From the NCBI GenBank assembly GCA_051294905.1, contig CM119379.1, positions 18,910,001 to 18,974,000 of the forward strand: a stretch of DNA of 64,000 bases. The letters run 5' to 3'. The DNA comes from Botryllus schlosseri. Lineage: Eukaryota. Below, in pieces: positions 30,869-44,963 of this stretch. Under the pieces are notes generated by a model. It had not been told where the DNA came from, searched no databases, and worked only from the letters and a program-made list of their open reading frames with translations. Both the position numbers and the translations under genes were made by a program. Every line of letters begins with the position of its first letter. The first letter of the stretch is position 1.

Positions 30869-33800
30869 TTAAACATGCTGTCTCACTATAGCGCGCGTCT
30901 TACTTGTGGGAGCGGGCGCATCTCCTTGGTGGAAATATATTTCGACAGCATACAGAAGCGCAGCAATGAATCCGAATATGATAGCAGCTATTCGTTCCCC
31001 ATCGTTACCCGAGCAGCCGTTCCGATTGTCATGGCAGCTAGTATAAATTGCCAAAACTATACTGCCAAACCAACAGAATGTGAAAAGAAGAATGGAGAGA
31101 CACGCGTCGACGGTCTGAAAAGGAATCAACATTGAATTTTCCGACCAGACCAAATTTAAGTCACTAATATAGCATATAACTATTTACAGATAGTGTACCA
31201 TTCATTAGCAGGCTCAGAATGAAGATTTACTAGGAGTAACCCGAAAACCCAAAAGCTAATTTCGAAGTAGCGCGTTAATACCGTATAACCTGGCAATAAC
31301 ATTGCAATGTAACAAAATCTAGGATCGGCCCAGCTCCTTTCTTGAGGATATCGCTTAAGTGGACTAAATCCGCAGCTGCGACTCGTAAGGGTTGAGACTA
31401 TTGAAGTATGCAGTTCAGTGCAGAGTATAAATTCATGGTAATTCCTTAATAGGAATAAGGAAAGGATGCAGTTTATTTTTGTCCTTGATGTTTTTGCGGC
31501 ATATACAAATACATACACTACACACGATTTGTGCATATGTATACCATGAACGCATGATGTGCATATATACAAGGAAGGTGCAGAGATAGCCTTGTACGAC
31601 TTTTTAAGTCTTGCACCCCCCCTCCATGCTATCCCAGTATTGCATGAGCCAGTGGCGGCTCGTGACAATATCGGGTGGTGGGGCACGGGCTGCAAGCGAC
31701 TTTTATCAAGATGACGTCACAATGGGGTTTTCCAACGTAAAGAAGTAACTTAATGATGGTACGGTAACATGAATTTCCCGGCAACAGTGATTTTAATCTT
31801 AACGTATGTGCCACGCAAGAGGTCCGCCGGTGAGTGGTGACTTGAAGTGTGGTAACTGCGGAAACGGCGTACGGAACAAAGATTCAACACGGTTCATGTT
31901 CGCACCAGACCTGACTAATTATCTGCTGAAATGGAAATGACTATTCCTCGAGAGATAGCGTAAGCCTAATTGGAAAGGTCAACGAGTTCGGACAGATACG
32001 CAACTGTTATCTCATAGATTGGGCCTGTCATATTGAATCCAAAACATCATTCTGAAGAACTATAGCAGCCTCGGAAATTCGGTCTCGGTACAGCATAGGA
32101 GATTTTGGCCTTGAAACTGGAGACTGTAGCACGATACATACGGCTTTATTACTGTCTATAGGTCTGCTGCGAAATCGCCTTTGGAAAATATATTACCGAA
32201 TAAATACGTGGATGAAAGCCGTAAACTTGGTACACTGTTACATGACATCATCGAGAAGTGGCCTCATGGCCCTTTTCGGTATGTTACACTGTCAAAATTA
32301 ATGCGAACAGACCAACACCGAATTTTGCGTAAAATTTACTGAGGAATAGGCTGATCAAGTGATCAGCTGTTAGCCGCCATCGAAAACGAAATAGCTATCG
32401 CGCTTGACAGGGGGTTGTAAGCAAATGGCTTGAAGGCCACAATTTCACGGTGAAATTGACATTGGAGAATATAATATCAAAGTAAATATTTGAATGCAAA
32501 CTGAGAATGATATCATCATCTCAGTTAACGTTACCGCAGATACACAGGCTTTTGCGTGAAATCCGCGATGCGTTGTAGGCTAAAGTGTCAGATCGGAGCA
32601 CATCTGTACCGTACTCGACCTTGAAAACGAAATTACTGCCCTAATCATTGAGTGTCAACCTTGAGAATTGGCACAGCGTTCGATACTAAAATCAAGACAT
32701 ACCGTGCAAAAGCTTATGACGGATCTAGGTCAGGACCATCGTTAAAATCAATAGAGACCAATACCGGCTTTGCGTATAATCTGTTAGCGATAAATGATCA
32801 GTCAGCTCTCACTCGAATTAGGAAACGAAATTACCACTAACACAGTTCAGTGAGGAATCAAAAACTTGGTACAGCGTTCTATTATAGAAATTAAACATGG
32901 AACGGCAACGACCGATTTTGCAGCTTCATTCCGCTTCGCTGAGGCTGGAGTGGAGAATTGTTTTGCGTAAGCGACTGTAGGATTTCTGGCAATCCAAAAG
33001 CTATCTTCCCGAGATCAGAAATTATTGAATCTGTTCTTGATCGAAAGCTACTGTGGCACCGATTCCAAAAAATATAAATTAAAATATGATCAGGCACTGA
33101 TCCACCTGGAATCCGTCCTCCAAGTCTGAAATATCGGCATTGTTTGAACAATCGGAGAGTCGCAACGGGTCATTGTTATGGCCATTGTGTTGCGGTTACC
33201 CGATTGTTATGAACAATGCCGATATTTCAGACTTGGAGGGCGGATTGATTCTAGGTGGATCAGTGCCTGATCATATTTTAATTTATATTTTTTGGGATCG
33301 GTGCAACAGTAGCTTTCGATCAAGACCAGATTCAGTAATTTCTGCACTCGGGAAGATAGCTTTTGGATTGCCAGAAATCCTACAGTCGCTTACGCAAAGC
33401 AATTCTCCACTCCAGCCCCAGCGAAGCGGAACGAAGCTGCAAAATCGGTCGTTGCCATTCCATATTTAATTTCTATAGTTCTATACTAACATTAAGACTT
33501 ACCGTGTCTGGCGTGCCAAATGTCATAACCGATCTCAGTATTGAACATCGTCAAAATCAATGGATACCAATACCGGCTTTTGAGTAAAATCTGTTTGCGA
33601 TACATGACGGATCGGCGCACACTCAACTTCGGAAACGGAATTACTACCCTAAACTTTGAGTAGAAACCCTGAAACTTGGGGCAGTGTTAAATACCACCAT
33701 CACGACATGACATACCAAGTTTCAAGAGTTTTCATGGTATAAAACACCAGCAAAGGTCGACTAACCGCATATGACGGTAACCGAGTTCGGATATAGATAC

Positions 33801-36800
33801 GATTGTTACATCACACATTAGGGGCACAGAGCTATTGTGCCCCGGTTGCTCGGTAATATTATGAATAGGAGAGAGTAAATCACCGTTTCTTTATTGTGCG
33901 CGGCTTTGAGAGAATAGACAGTGAAAGCTTGTTATGAGCGCTACCGAAGCCAGACATGGGGTAATCGCGATTAGTAATCGTAATCGATTACGACGATTAC
34001 AGCATTTTCAAGTAATCGTAATCGCAATCGATTACATTCGAAAAAATTACGAAGTAATCGTAATCGACTACTTCCCATATCTAATCGATTTCTTTGTGAA
34101 AGAGCGATTACTTTTTATTTGTACAAGAACTATGACATAAACGCAACATTCGCGAACAAGGAAAAGACATTATACCAGGTCAATGATAGCACAAACGTCT
34201 GATTTAGAAACACCACTGCTCATTATTACGTCAGAAGTATTAGCTTCGCTCATGATTGCGTAAGAAGTATCCACACATTGTATGTAAATAGATATTCAAC
34301 GTACATTGTAGTGTGATTGTAAGAACACCTGCCATGCGATGTATCAGGTTATCGCAACACTCCTCGCAGCAGGATAATAATCACCATTCTGCCTAGTTGC
34401 AAATGGTAACTTATATATTGATGTTTGGTTAAAGGTTATGCTTATAGTTAAACGCAATTTGTCTGTTGGTGTTTGGCGAGCAGCAGGCCTATGCAGTACG
34501 TACAACGTACCAAGGATGGTGTGAACGTGAGGTTCAGGTTCGCGTTCTGTGTGTGTTGAACCTCAGAAATTTAGAGGTTCACGTTCACAAACGAACCTGA
34601 GCTGTAAACCTTTTTTCACATATTACAGTTTTTACTTCATTATAACAGCTTTGGTTGAAATTTATTGCATTTTAACTGCTGGCCACTCAATGCATGGCGC
34701 TGGCAGCATAAAAAACAAATCAACACTAAACGAGCATGCACCTTGAGAATCTCAACAATTTTGCTCGAAATAACCAGCATTCCGTTTGTGAATATTTAGT
34801 GACTCTCTGCTGCGAGTTTGACTAGCATTGACACAACATCAATAGCGAGATGCAATACATTATAGCAAGAGAATTTTGCTTATTCGACCAAACAAAGGAA
34901 TTGCTATCGTTGTCTAATGTAAAAAATCTAGCAGGTGTACGTGGTCAATCTTGACTTCATATGTTTATTGTATCATAAAAACAAAATCCGTGGGATTGGG
35001 GTGTTGGCTACTGCTGTATAATTTGTTAATGGGGTAATACCGGTAGCAAGTATAGAAACCCGTTTTACACTCTGCTCAATATTAACGTCACAATACTCAG
35101 ACGTCGACACATTGTCGGGCTGGCCTGGGCAGTTAAGGAGTAAGCTTATATTCCCTTGCAAGTCCTCGTCGAAATCGTTGGCAAAGCGACGGCAGATATT
35201 GATTTTATGGGATTATTATACCATTTGATTGCCCCAGTTGAAACATTTGCCGACGTTTAAAACGTCAATTCGTTCTTTAGTATAGTGGCATTATGTTGCC
35301 AGAGTAATCGCTGTAGGTATCGTGTACATTAATATAGGCTATATCTTCACTAAAATGTAGGGTTGGAATTAGAAATACGACGTCACGTGACGTCATGAGG
35401 TTCACGTTAGTGTTCACACAGAACCTTTCAAAAAGGTTCACGTTCACACGAACCTGGACCATTCAGAGGTTCACGCCATCCCTAGTATGTACGTAGGGGA
35501 GATGTGGTACCGATGGATCACTGGAACCGAAAATACTTGAAAAATTATCCATGATAATTCCATGATTACACTCCGTGAATTTGTCTACAATTACATGCTG
35601 ACAGAATCTTTCCTCACATGCAAAAAAATAGACCTGCGTGAGTTATGGGGTCTGTGACGAATGATTTACGTTGTAGAATGTAGGGGGTGTAAAGTAAATT
35701 TGGATCGACATTTGCATTTTTCTATATCTCCTTTCAGACTAACAAACACGCCATAATTTTTAATGTGAAGTATAGGGCTTGTATCAGATTATATAATGGC
35801 ACATATTTTTTGAATCAATACCATCCTCGAGTGGACTATTTTCAAGTCAATTACAATATTTATGGGGTGGGGGACCTATGGTATCATAGCCAAATCAAGC
35901 AAAATAGATGGAACAACTAATCACTTAACAGCAGAAACTCGCCTACATATATATATAGGTTGTAAATCATAGGTACATGTGGTGTTTTATCGCTATTACG
36001 GGGTATTTGAAAGTCAAAATGTCGATTTACGGGTAATATGTATGTGGCATTAATTTTTTTAAGTTTAGGCGTAGATCAAAACATGATTTTATGCCAACAT
36101 TAGAGTTGATAATATCTATTTTATTCTTGAAGGTCGCGACGAAACATTCTTCATTGGCTTGCTGTAGCTTAGCTTATAGTGCACAACAAAACAAGTTAAC
36201 AAATTTGAGTTTTTGAGCGTGTCTCATAGGTCCCATGGTCGTGTGCCTTTGGATGCACCGGCTGGGGACCGATGACACGCTCGAGCAACAAATTTTAAAC
36301 GTTTATAAATATTTTTTGAAAAGGCGGATATTCATGTAAATGTCCGCGATAGGTAGAGCTTGTGTCGAAGTGTTGAGACAGCAAAAGATCTGCTATTCTC
36401 GGCTTAAGATCAGAGGCCCAGAGATAAGTTTGCAATTTTTGATCCATCGGTACCACATCTCCCCTACACCGAGCAAAGATTTGAAATTTTGTACTCGCCA
36501 AATAAAACATTACAATTTCCACAACGAAGCATTAAAAATCAACAGCTGCTGATGTATATCATAACCGAACCGTTCTTTGCCGTCTCTCGTACCGGCAGCG
36601 TGCAGTATCTGTATTATGTAGAAGGCAGTATTTTGTGGTCACTTTATCTTATTCTCATATAACTCTATACCTTAATCGGGCGCAAATCGTTATTTCGCAA
36701 TTCTTTACCTGCTGCCATAGCCATCCGCTTATATGCCATGATAGCGTGAGTTGTAGCTAGAATAAGGACCAAAACAGCAATTCGTCCCGCCCGCCGAACG

Positions 36801-38859
36801 TTGGTCTTGGGCCCCAATAAGGTGGTCAAGTTGAAGACTGAATTATTGTCAATAATATTAGTAATTGCATTATATTACTATTAAATTTTAAGCCTCTCAG
36901 TGGAGCTGAGGGTACGTAATTCATAATTATATCATCTGGTATGTTGTTATAATTACTTTATTGTATGTTATTTATTCGCGACCTCCGATCTGCTATATAT
37001 AACATCAAAAGATATTGTAGTCGCCCAAACGTAGATGACGAAAAGAAAAACTTTCGTGAGACGCGCGCACAAATAATTGTCCTGTATTTATTCCACTGTC
37101 CGGGTGGCATTTGTATTGTGGGCTCAGATTTTAAGGATAGGATTATTCGTCACGCACACCCAGCGCGGCTTATTGACAGTGGACAAATGCTCAAAGTTTT
37201 GGCCAAGGTCTTTCTTTAGTAATACACTTCTTGGAGTCGCATGTTGGCCGAAACAGCATTTGTCTTTTGGTATGTCGTGGCTCGGTAATGACCGGCACCG
37301 AAATGCTTATTCCTGTAAATTATGCATACTTTTCCATGAGGGTGAGAGGTATGCATTTCAAAATCAAGCTATCAAGAGACATTTAAATCGCGAAGCCCGA
37401 AAACAATGTTCAAGATAATCAGATCTCACGAAAATACTCTATAATTTATGTTGGTTTTACCAAATACTTTTGAGTCCCCTTCGAGCGCTCTCACCACCCT
37501 ATTGGGGAGTTTGGGGTGCGGCAGTTACGGACCTGGCAAGAATGCAAATCGTTGGATGCGATAAATTGTCCCTTATTAAGTTGGGCAATGGGTACATTAT
37601 GACGTAACAAGCAAATAGCGCATCATTTATTGCGGATGTTGTTGTTATCTCATTAGGCATTTCCGACGCAATCCTTACATTGTCTTCAATATATCTTGTA
37701 AGATTAGTTCTAAGAAGCAAAATAAATGTAATCGTGAGTAATCGTGATTACTTTTCCAATGTAATCGTAATCGTAATCGACTACTTCCTGATTTTGCTGT
37801 ATAATCGTAATCGTAATCGTAATCGCGTGATTCAGAAGTAATCGTAATCGCAATCGATTACATTCATGAAGTAATCACCCCATGTCTGACTGGGGCATAC
37901 CCCGGCTAGGCATTCGCAAAGCGAAAACACAGAAGAGAATTCGATTTTCGCAGAGACTTCGCTATATATGGGCATTTACAAGCGAAAGGACAAAAAGAAT
38001 ACCATTTTCGCTGTGATTTCGGTATATGTAGATTGGTGGGCGTCTATAAATGGTAAAGAATTGTTATTGGACAGAATTTTAGGTGGGGCAATGCCCCAGT
38101 TGCCCTATAGGACGAGCCGCCACTGGCATGAGCGCCGAGCGGGGAAGTCATGGATCCAGTGTTACCAATCAGGTCTTTGGTCTGACCCAGCCGGGGATCG
38201 AACCCACGACCTACCTATCAAGAAGCCGGACGCTTTACCATTACGCTATCTTTTCGGCTATTTTATCAAGTAAGCGGATCTGATATTTTCATCCGCTCAG
38301 GACACACAGTACACGCGACGTAATGAACAAGTAAGCTAAAGGAGAATGTCAAAACTAATATATACGGTCTATCACAGGTTACCAATCTTCTGAGTAAAAT
38401 CAAGATCATTGGCGCATTTATATAACGCCGTTGCAGGCGGCGTCAGGGGTGATTACTCGACGCCATGGATCAATTGCTTACGAGCTCGCAATGGCGAAGT
38501 CAAATTTGCGGTGGCGATGGAGCCTTTCGCTCATGGCCTCTTACGTAATGCAATTTTCAGTGGCGAAGGTTCTATTTCCCAATTGAATAACAGTCGAGAT
38601 TTCCTGGCGAATATATGTAGGCTATACTTACGTCGAATGACACTCCGCACTCCATTTTTGTTGATAGTGTCGTCAATATGAAGAAAAATGACATGAACGA
38701 TATCAACCACGACATGAGATAAGCAGCAAATGGCCAAGCAAACGCGCCCCCGTAACCTGATGCAGCTACAAGAGCGAATGCTATTATTCCGAAGACAATG
38801 ATTGCCATTCTCAGCCAGCCATCTTTGCCACATAAATATGCACCACCAGATTCTCCCAT
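30869..38859 (-). CDS. Second MARVEL-domain protein, 2 coding exons, 157 aa
   Basis: Exon 1 38632-38859 (MGESGGAYLCGKDGWLRMAIIVFGIIAF...GVSFD|gtaagt) joins in phase 0 to exon 2 30869-31114 (ttttcag|TVDACLSILLF...ERIAAIIFGFIAALLYAVE...*); 7.5-kb intron. Confidence 0.88.
31458..31650 (-). mobile_element. 5'-truncated SINE copy
   Basis: Aligns with the 3' half of 58968-59294. Confidence 0.75.
32883..33477. mobile_element. Near-perfect palindromic MITE (about 595 bp, arms about 290 bp)
   Basis: tatagaaattaaacatggaacggcaacgaccg... / ...cggtcgttgccattccatatttaatttctata; same termini as 40092-43436. Confidence 0.85.
34511..35484. mobile_element. Nested MITE with gtgaac/gttcac subrepeats
   Basis: Ends caaggatggtgtgaac / gttcacgccatcccta. 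Confidence 0.65.
35493..36467. mobile_element. Nested MITE with a 28-bp perfect inverted repeat
   Basis: gtaggggagatgtggtaccgatggatca / tgatccatcggtaccacatctcccctac; probably a TA TSD with GGGG termini. Confidence 0.85.
38085..38250 (-). mobile_element. tRNA-derived SINE, 5' part
   Basis: A box TAGCGTAATGG and B box GGTTCGATCCC; continues into a SINE body shared with 58968-59294. Confidence 0.8.
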
Positions 38860-40091
38860 TGCTAACGAATATTAAACATTCAAGTTCGTAACTGAAACCA
38901 AAACAACGATAATGCATAGGTTATAACATTAGAAATATATAGGGTTCTCCACGTGGTTCCTGGCACATTTTAAGTGCGTATTGCTCAGTAACAACCTTAT
39001 CTGAACTCCGGCAAGGGTCCTAACTGATACGTGCTTGGCCTGTAGCTTAATCACACGGAATTGACGACTACAGGGTGCTTCATTTCACGAAGTTCTCTAC
39101 GAAAGACGTGTCGAAGCTCACACCTCACAGCCATTGTTGCAGCAAATAATTCGCCCAAATCCATCACTAAGGAGGCCAAACATAAATCGTCGTCACCAAG
39201 GAAACATTCGATCATGCGACAAGGATTCCTTGTGTCAACGTACTATGGAAGAGCAGTCAACAATCAAATAACGCAGGCCTAGCGGTTGTATATCAATAAC
39301 TGGATGTTATTTACTTATTCAGGATCGGCAGTCTACAAACGGCAGTAAAATAGGAGCTCGGTCGTTTTTGTGCGTAGATGTTGTGCGTGAGATCACAAAT
39401 AACTTGCTCTGGGCAAAATCGAGTACCTAAGTGATTCGATTCTGAATCACGTATTACGCGCTTTGAGTCAAGTCGAGTATTCGAGTAGCACTGATTATGA
39501 CGTCACAACATAATGTACTATGTGAAAGTTCAAATATGTACCTTTTATGCCACCACAAAGAACATAATGTCTGATATCCTGTTATCCCTCACATTAAAGA
39601 TACTTCGGTATTAGTTCGACCATACCGATTTCATTGCACTTCTTGAAAATGTTGTGGGATGATCATGACTTTGGAAATGTGTCATTTCCAGTAACGTTTG
39701 TAGCTTTGTACTATGTTTCGTATGCCTCGACACGGCCAATCAAGGTTTCATGGCTTCTCAGTGAATTTTTTTTTCAAAACTATAATTCTCGTTTTTAAAT
39801 TACCTTTCAGTTGCGAGGAGCGTGTAATTTCAGTACTCGAAAAAATCGTCTTTAACTACTCTACTCGAATCATTGAAATGAATACTCGATTCAGATTCGA
39901 GTACTCGAATCATTGTGCCCAGCCCTACAAACAACGTGTAAACGTCTCAGTGTGGAAGAGAAACATTGCCTATAGTCGAGCGCAACTGTGTTTCCACCTC
40001 TCTGACCTCGAGGCTTCGTCTGAAAGGCATGAATAGTCCGTGATACCCTGACACTTTAGTGCCCAGCGTGAGAGAGTTTAGGAGAGCCAGT

Positions 40092-43000
40092 CTATAGAAA
40101 TTAAACATGGAACGGCAACGACCGATTTTGCAGCTTCGTTCCGCTTCGCCGAGGCTGGAGTGGGGAATAGGCCTTTTGCATTACTTCGATCACGTGACTA
40201 GATACGCATAGCAACAACAAATTGGTTAGCAAGCTACTTTCTCGCGCACCTGCTTCAGTGCTAAATATCGCATAGTGTACTGTTGATTTCTGGTTGTAAA
40301 CGTTTCGGAAATTTGTTGTAGAAGTCATCAGAGATTCACCTATGTTAGATGTCAATCCTGTACAAAGCATTTAGAATGATATCGTCAGAATTACGCAGAA
40401 ATCCATCTGTAACGTAGTCGTATTACGGTACTCAACTCTGATCATATGTACTTAAATTTATGCATTTGAAGTAAAGCGATTGGCTTATATTCTAGTAAGA
40501 GTATTTGTTAGTTCAAACAGTACTATTTGTCTGTTGTGGCGCCTGATTTTGGATGGAAGATATGGCTGAAGCAACCGGGACCCGCAAGGATCAGGATATA
40601 CTGTCTGCTGGTTTGGGTGCTGGCGTGCTGCTATAAAACAACTGTCGCTGAACACATCGGAAGTATCTTTTGGGAGAACCTGCCGTCAAGACTAAGCAAA
40701 TCAGTGCACTTTACTGTTGCCTTATACAATGCCAATTTTATTACCACTACTTCGCAACTGCGATTGAAGTGGATTTGGCAAATCACACTCGATTTTGATA
40801 AATAGTTGATGTCACATATGTGCGATATTTAGCGAACTAAGGGAAGTAACTATCATATAACTCTCTTAGAGCAGCTCAAACGCAGATCATCCTATACCGA
40901 GAGGTGGTCAACGTGGTCATTGTTGGGAACCGAGTAGAAATAATGCCTTAATTTATACTCCAGTACAAGTAGCACTAATTACTTCCAGGACATGTCCAAA
41001 GTACTTCAAGTGGAAGTAGAAATGAATTTCTGAAAAGCGGTCAAGAAATTCGTTACATGAAGTAGATTTGGTTGAGGGTCACTTAGTTTTAGAAATTGAT
41101 GCCATGTGACAACTGTAAACATTGCATGTTGCATCTTCTTGATCAACGCAAAAGGGTGATGACACCACAAATAAGTGCAATTTTCAAAAATTAATTTAGT
41201 TACCATGGTACTGGGGCTATTTTGCCCAGTTGTTATGACAACCTCACGCTTGAAGGGGATGCAATCATGCGCCAAAGCTACTTTCTAGTTGACAAAATCC
41301 CAAACCTGACAAAAAAGTCCTACCTAAAATGTGTCAAGTAGAAGTGGAAGTAGCCTAAACTCATAATGACGCTAGTACTCAGGTAAAATAGTACTTCGTT
41401 GCTGACCCCCTCTGTGTATTGGCTCAACCAACTCAAAAACATCCTCTAAAGACGACTAACATTGTTTCTTTCGCATTGACTCCGTAATATCCTGAACTTA
41501 TGATATTCTTTGATTCATTGAATTTACATATAAACTTGCAAAGAAGATCGATTTATTAATTTTTGTGCATTCAATACCCAGAGCATAAGAAATAGTTGAA
41601 GAAAAATGAATGTTAACCTTATCAAGTTCAATAACTGCCGAGACTGTTATGCCTATGCATTTTCCTCTACCTCCATAGCCACTTGTCTAGACATATTCAT
41701 AGCATCCGCGGAAGAGTGCTTGTCTTGCTGTACACAAATGAAATATCATTTTCGAAGCAGACATCAACATCGGGAAAGAAGTTCAGGACAGTTAGTGAGT
41801 GGTCAGATCATCTGCTGAATTTTTCTGTTGGCATGAAACCACGCTGCCTTCCACCGCATGACCAAATTTTATGTGGTGATAATAATTGGCTCCAGGCTGA
41901 ATTCTTGACGAGGGCATCATCAATTTCTTAGAAGTTGCCTATGTTCGGCTCTCTTGGGATAATTCATCAGATCATTAATCCGAATGCATGTGGTATAGCC
42001 ATATGTCTTGAAACTCAAGATATTTGCACTGTGCCATAGAGTGAAGTAATCCAATCCAGGCAATCAATCAAGTAATCCAGGCCCCGGGACAGTTTGTTTC
42101 ACCCTCAATTGGAGCTGATGATCATTTTCCTTCGGGTAGTGGCACTTGGCAGCATGACAGAATGATCAATAACTTGTAATATAGGTGTAGAGGTCTAAAT
42201 ATTTTGAATTGTTTAACTGAGAAGTCATACAATAGCTTAGGATATTTAATATATATATGGTATGTAGCACATTGCATGAATTCATAACACATCAACGTAC
42301 TGGCACTGGCAGTCATTGTCTCTTAGGCTTAAAAATAGCAGTATCCTATATATATTGCAATCGATATCAATCATCAAAATCGTGCAATGATTACCAACTA
42401 CCGCTACAATACAACTATAGTATACTATCCACACCTAAGTTAATGCTGCAATAAATATCACGCAGTCAATGTCCTGCAATGTCGAATTTTGTGTCATAAA
42501 ATCATAGTTGACTACCAAATAACGGCTACAATGTCGATCATTTTGACGCAAGGAGTTTACATAATTCATGAATCAAATACATCCAACATATTTGAATCCT
42601 TGCGCGTCTCCATGACACTTGCGAACGCGTTTACAGCCCGAAACGATAATATACTGTATCCGAAATACGGCTACGTTAACGACGGATTTCTGCGTAATTC
42701 TGACGATATCATTCTATGTGCTTTGTACAGGATTGACATCTAGCATAGTTAAATCTCTGATGACTTCTACAACAAATTTCCGAAACGTTTACAACCAGAA
42801 ATCAACAGTACACTATGCGATATTTAGCACTGAAGCAGGTGCGCGAGAAAGTAGCTTGCTAACCAATTTGTTGTTGCTATGCGTATCTAGTCACGTGATC
42901 GAAGTCCTGCAAAAGGCCTATTGTTTTGCGTAAGCGACTGTAGGATTTCTGGCAATCCAAAAGCTATCTTCCCGAGCGCAGAAATTATTGAATCTGGTCT

Positions 43001-43436
43001 TGATCGAAAGCTACTGTTGCACCGATTCCGAAAATATAAATTAAAATGATGATCAGGCACTGATCCACTTAGAATCCACCCTCCTATCTGAAATATCGGC
43101 ATTGTTCGAACAATCGGAGAGTCGCAACGGGTCATTGTTATGGCTATTGTGTTGCGGTTACCCGATTGTTCTGAACAATGCCGATATTTCAGACTTGGAG
43201 GACAGATTCTAGGTGGATCAGTGCCTGATCGATATTTTAATTTATATTTTCGGAATTGGTGCAACAGTAGCTTTCGATCAAGACCAGATTCAGTAATTTC
43301 TGCGCTCGAGAAGATAGCTTTCGGGTTGCCAGAAATCCTACAGTCGCTTACGCAAAACAATTCTCCACTCCAGCCTCAGCGGAGCGGAACGAAGCTGCAA
43401 AATCGGTCGTTGCCGTTCCATGTTTAATTTCTATAG
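40092..43436. mobile_element. 3.3-kb element with long (about 340 bp) TIRs; likely progenitor or relative of the palindromic MITE
   Basis: Ends ctatagaaattaaacatggaacggc / gccgttccatgtttaatttctatag. 40170-40430 is inverted at 42660-42920; the right arm carries about 440 bp of extra MITE core; a CAGAGGTGGTCA-family fragment is nested at about 41270-41410. Confidence 0.75.
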
Positions 43437-44228
43437 TCAGTCCAAACAGCAACCCGATTGAAAGCCGCTGGTCTAGCCGCTCACCTGCTTAATCGTGATT
43501 TTCTAGCAAAATGATCCATACGCGCATCCAGCCACGGAAAGATATACAATACATATATTTTCACACGGTCAGTATTGTTCGCTATCGCAATGGCATAGAA
43601 GAATTGAGTCAGCATATGGAAGAATTTTTTTTCATAATTCAGTAAATTTCTCTAGTATACTAGTTCCAGCTCCAATTTACGTCGCCAATGCGAAAGTGGA
43701 ATCTACTCTCTGTCCCTACCACCCTGAATTGCTCACAAGCAAGCAAACTAAAATGTCTTGCTAACGCAAAAGAAACAAGAGAGTCGGTAACCGAGACCGC
43801 AATTCGTAAAACTCGCGTTTATTACAAAAATACAGTCTAGAGAACCACAAAATATTCCATGCGGTAAGTCAAAAAAATACACAGGATGAATAAACACCGA
43901 CCGTATCAAACAAGAACCACGTAGCAGCCATAGTAATAATTATTCCACTCGCCACCATCCAAGCCACGCACGCATTTCTCCAATCGAAATGACATATATA
44001 CGAATAGGGCATACCAAAGAAATATTATTCATAAATCAAAGAAATATACAAAATGGAAGAGACCAGTTGCTAGGTTCCCATACGCACTATACGAAAGTAT
44101 ACGAATAACTAGGATACGCAGAGGAAGACAAACACAAAAGTTCTTCCTTCATCACATCCGGTACGTCACAATGGTCACCTATATCACGTGCACTTGCTTA
44201 GGAAAAATGCGCGCTTCTCTCCTCAACG

Positions 44229-44963
44229 CTAGGCCTCCGAAGTAAACGCCGGATTAGTCGCGCCTTTGCGTGCTGCCGAGCTTGATTTCGAACGAGACAC
44301 GCGCACCAACGGTATAGTCTCGTCGTCCACCTGTTTGGCGCTGACTTTGGGCAAGGGTCGCGCTTTACGCACCGTTGATCCCGACGGCACTGGGCCCTCT
44401 TCGTTTTCCACTGGATATCTACCCTTTTTCACAGCCGTACTGTGAGCCACTGGCTTAAAATCGTCGTCGGACTTGGTCGGCGTGGAAACGCCGTGGCCGC
44501 CTACCACGGACTGAGAAAACTGGGAGTTTTCGTTTTCTTTCATCAAGGCCTGGACGGACTTCAGTATCCCGAATGTCGGCGCCAATTTCGAGGTGGACGC
44601 CGGGTTTTCAGTGAATGATGTTTCCTCGGCGTTGGCGTTTTTACCGCGGGGTTTTCTTTGGGGTGATTTTCTTGGTGCTGCCTTTCTCTTGGTTGACGGC
44701 TCAGTTTTCTCGGACCGTGGCGACTTGTCGGAGGCGGACTTCGCGTCTTGCTCCGTTTGCTTTAAAGCGGCCTGGATCGATTCCATCAGAGTCTGCCTTT
44801 CCTTTGGATTTTTGTCGTTCTTTTCGTCGGCGAATGATACTTCCTTGATGCTGGGCACGTCGGGCGTCTTTGGTCTGAAACGGAATGAAACTGTGTCACG
44901 GGGCGATAGAGATAAAGAGTAGGGATTTTCGGGTTCAGGCTCGACATTGGAGAACATCTCGGG
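44229..44963 (-). CDS. Low-complexity S/T/K/E/P-rich terminal exon (244 codons open in phase 0), probably the AHI1 C-terminal extension
   Basis: Acceptor ggtgttttag| at 44964; longest ORF in the window; no domain recognised; phase link to upstream AHI1 exons is unresolved. Confidence 0.55.
   Translation of the reverse strand, partial: PEMFSNVEPEPENPYSLSLSPRDTVSFRFRPKTPDVPSIKEVSFADEKNDKNPKERQTLMESIQAALKQTEQDAKSASDKSPRSEKTEPSTKRKAAPRKSPQRKPRGKNANAEETSFTENPASTSKLAPTFGILKSVQALMKENENSQFSQSVVGGHGVSTPTKSDDDFKPVAHSTAVKKGRYPVENEEGPVPSGSTVRKARPLPKVSAKQVDDETIPLVRVSRSKSSSAARKGATNPAFTSEA

Larger units (their letters stand above)
33951..37888. mobile_element. Old hAT-like element with (GTAATC)n subterminal repeats, carrying two nested MITEs
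   Basis: TIR cagacatggggt / accccatgtctg; eroded TSD accgaagc / actggggc. 'SWLGNDRHRNAYSCKLCILF' in ORF 37077..37418 weakly resembles a TTF-type zinc finger of hAT transposases (inference). Confidence 0.65.

Noticed and set aside
31180-31695. 171-aa ORF
   Set aside because: Largely a translation of a SINE copy; no domain or splice support.
38175-38250. tRNA gene
   Set aside because: A and B boxes are present, but it continues into a SINE body found in three copies and lacks a clean acceptor stem.
30869-38917. Three separate MARVEL genes
   Set aside because: The 38.6-38.9 kb and 30.9-31.1 kb pieces are complementary halves joined by an in-phase intron, so there are two genes.
32891-43427. 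Similar ORFs (...RSRPDSVISALGKIAFGLPEILQSL...) as a gene family
   Set aside because: All derive from arms of the palindromic MITE.
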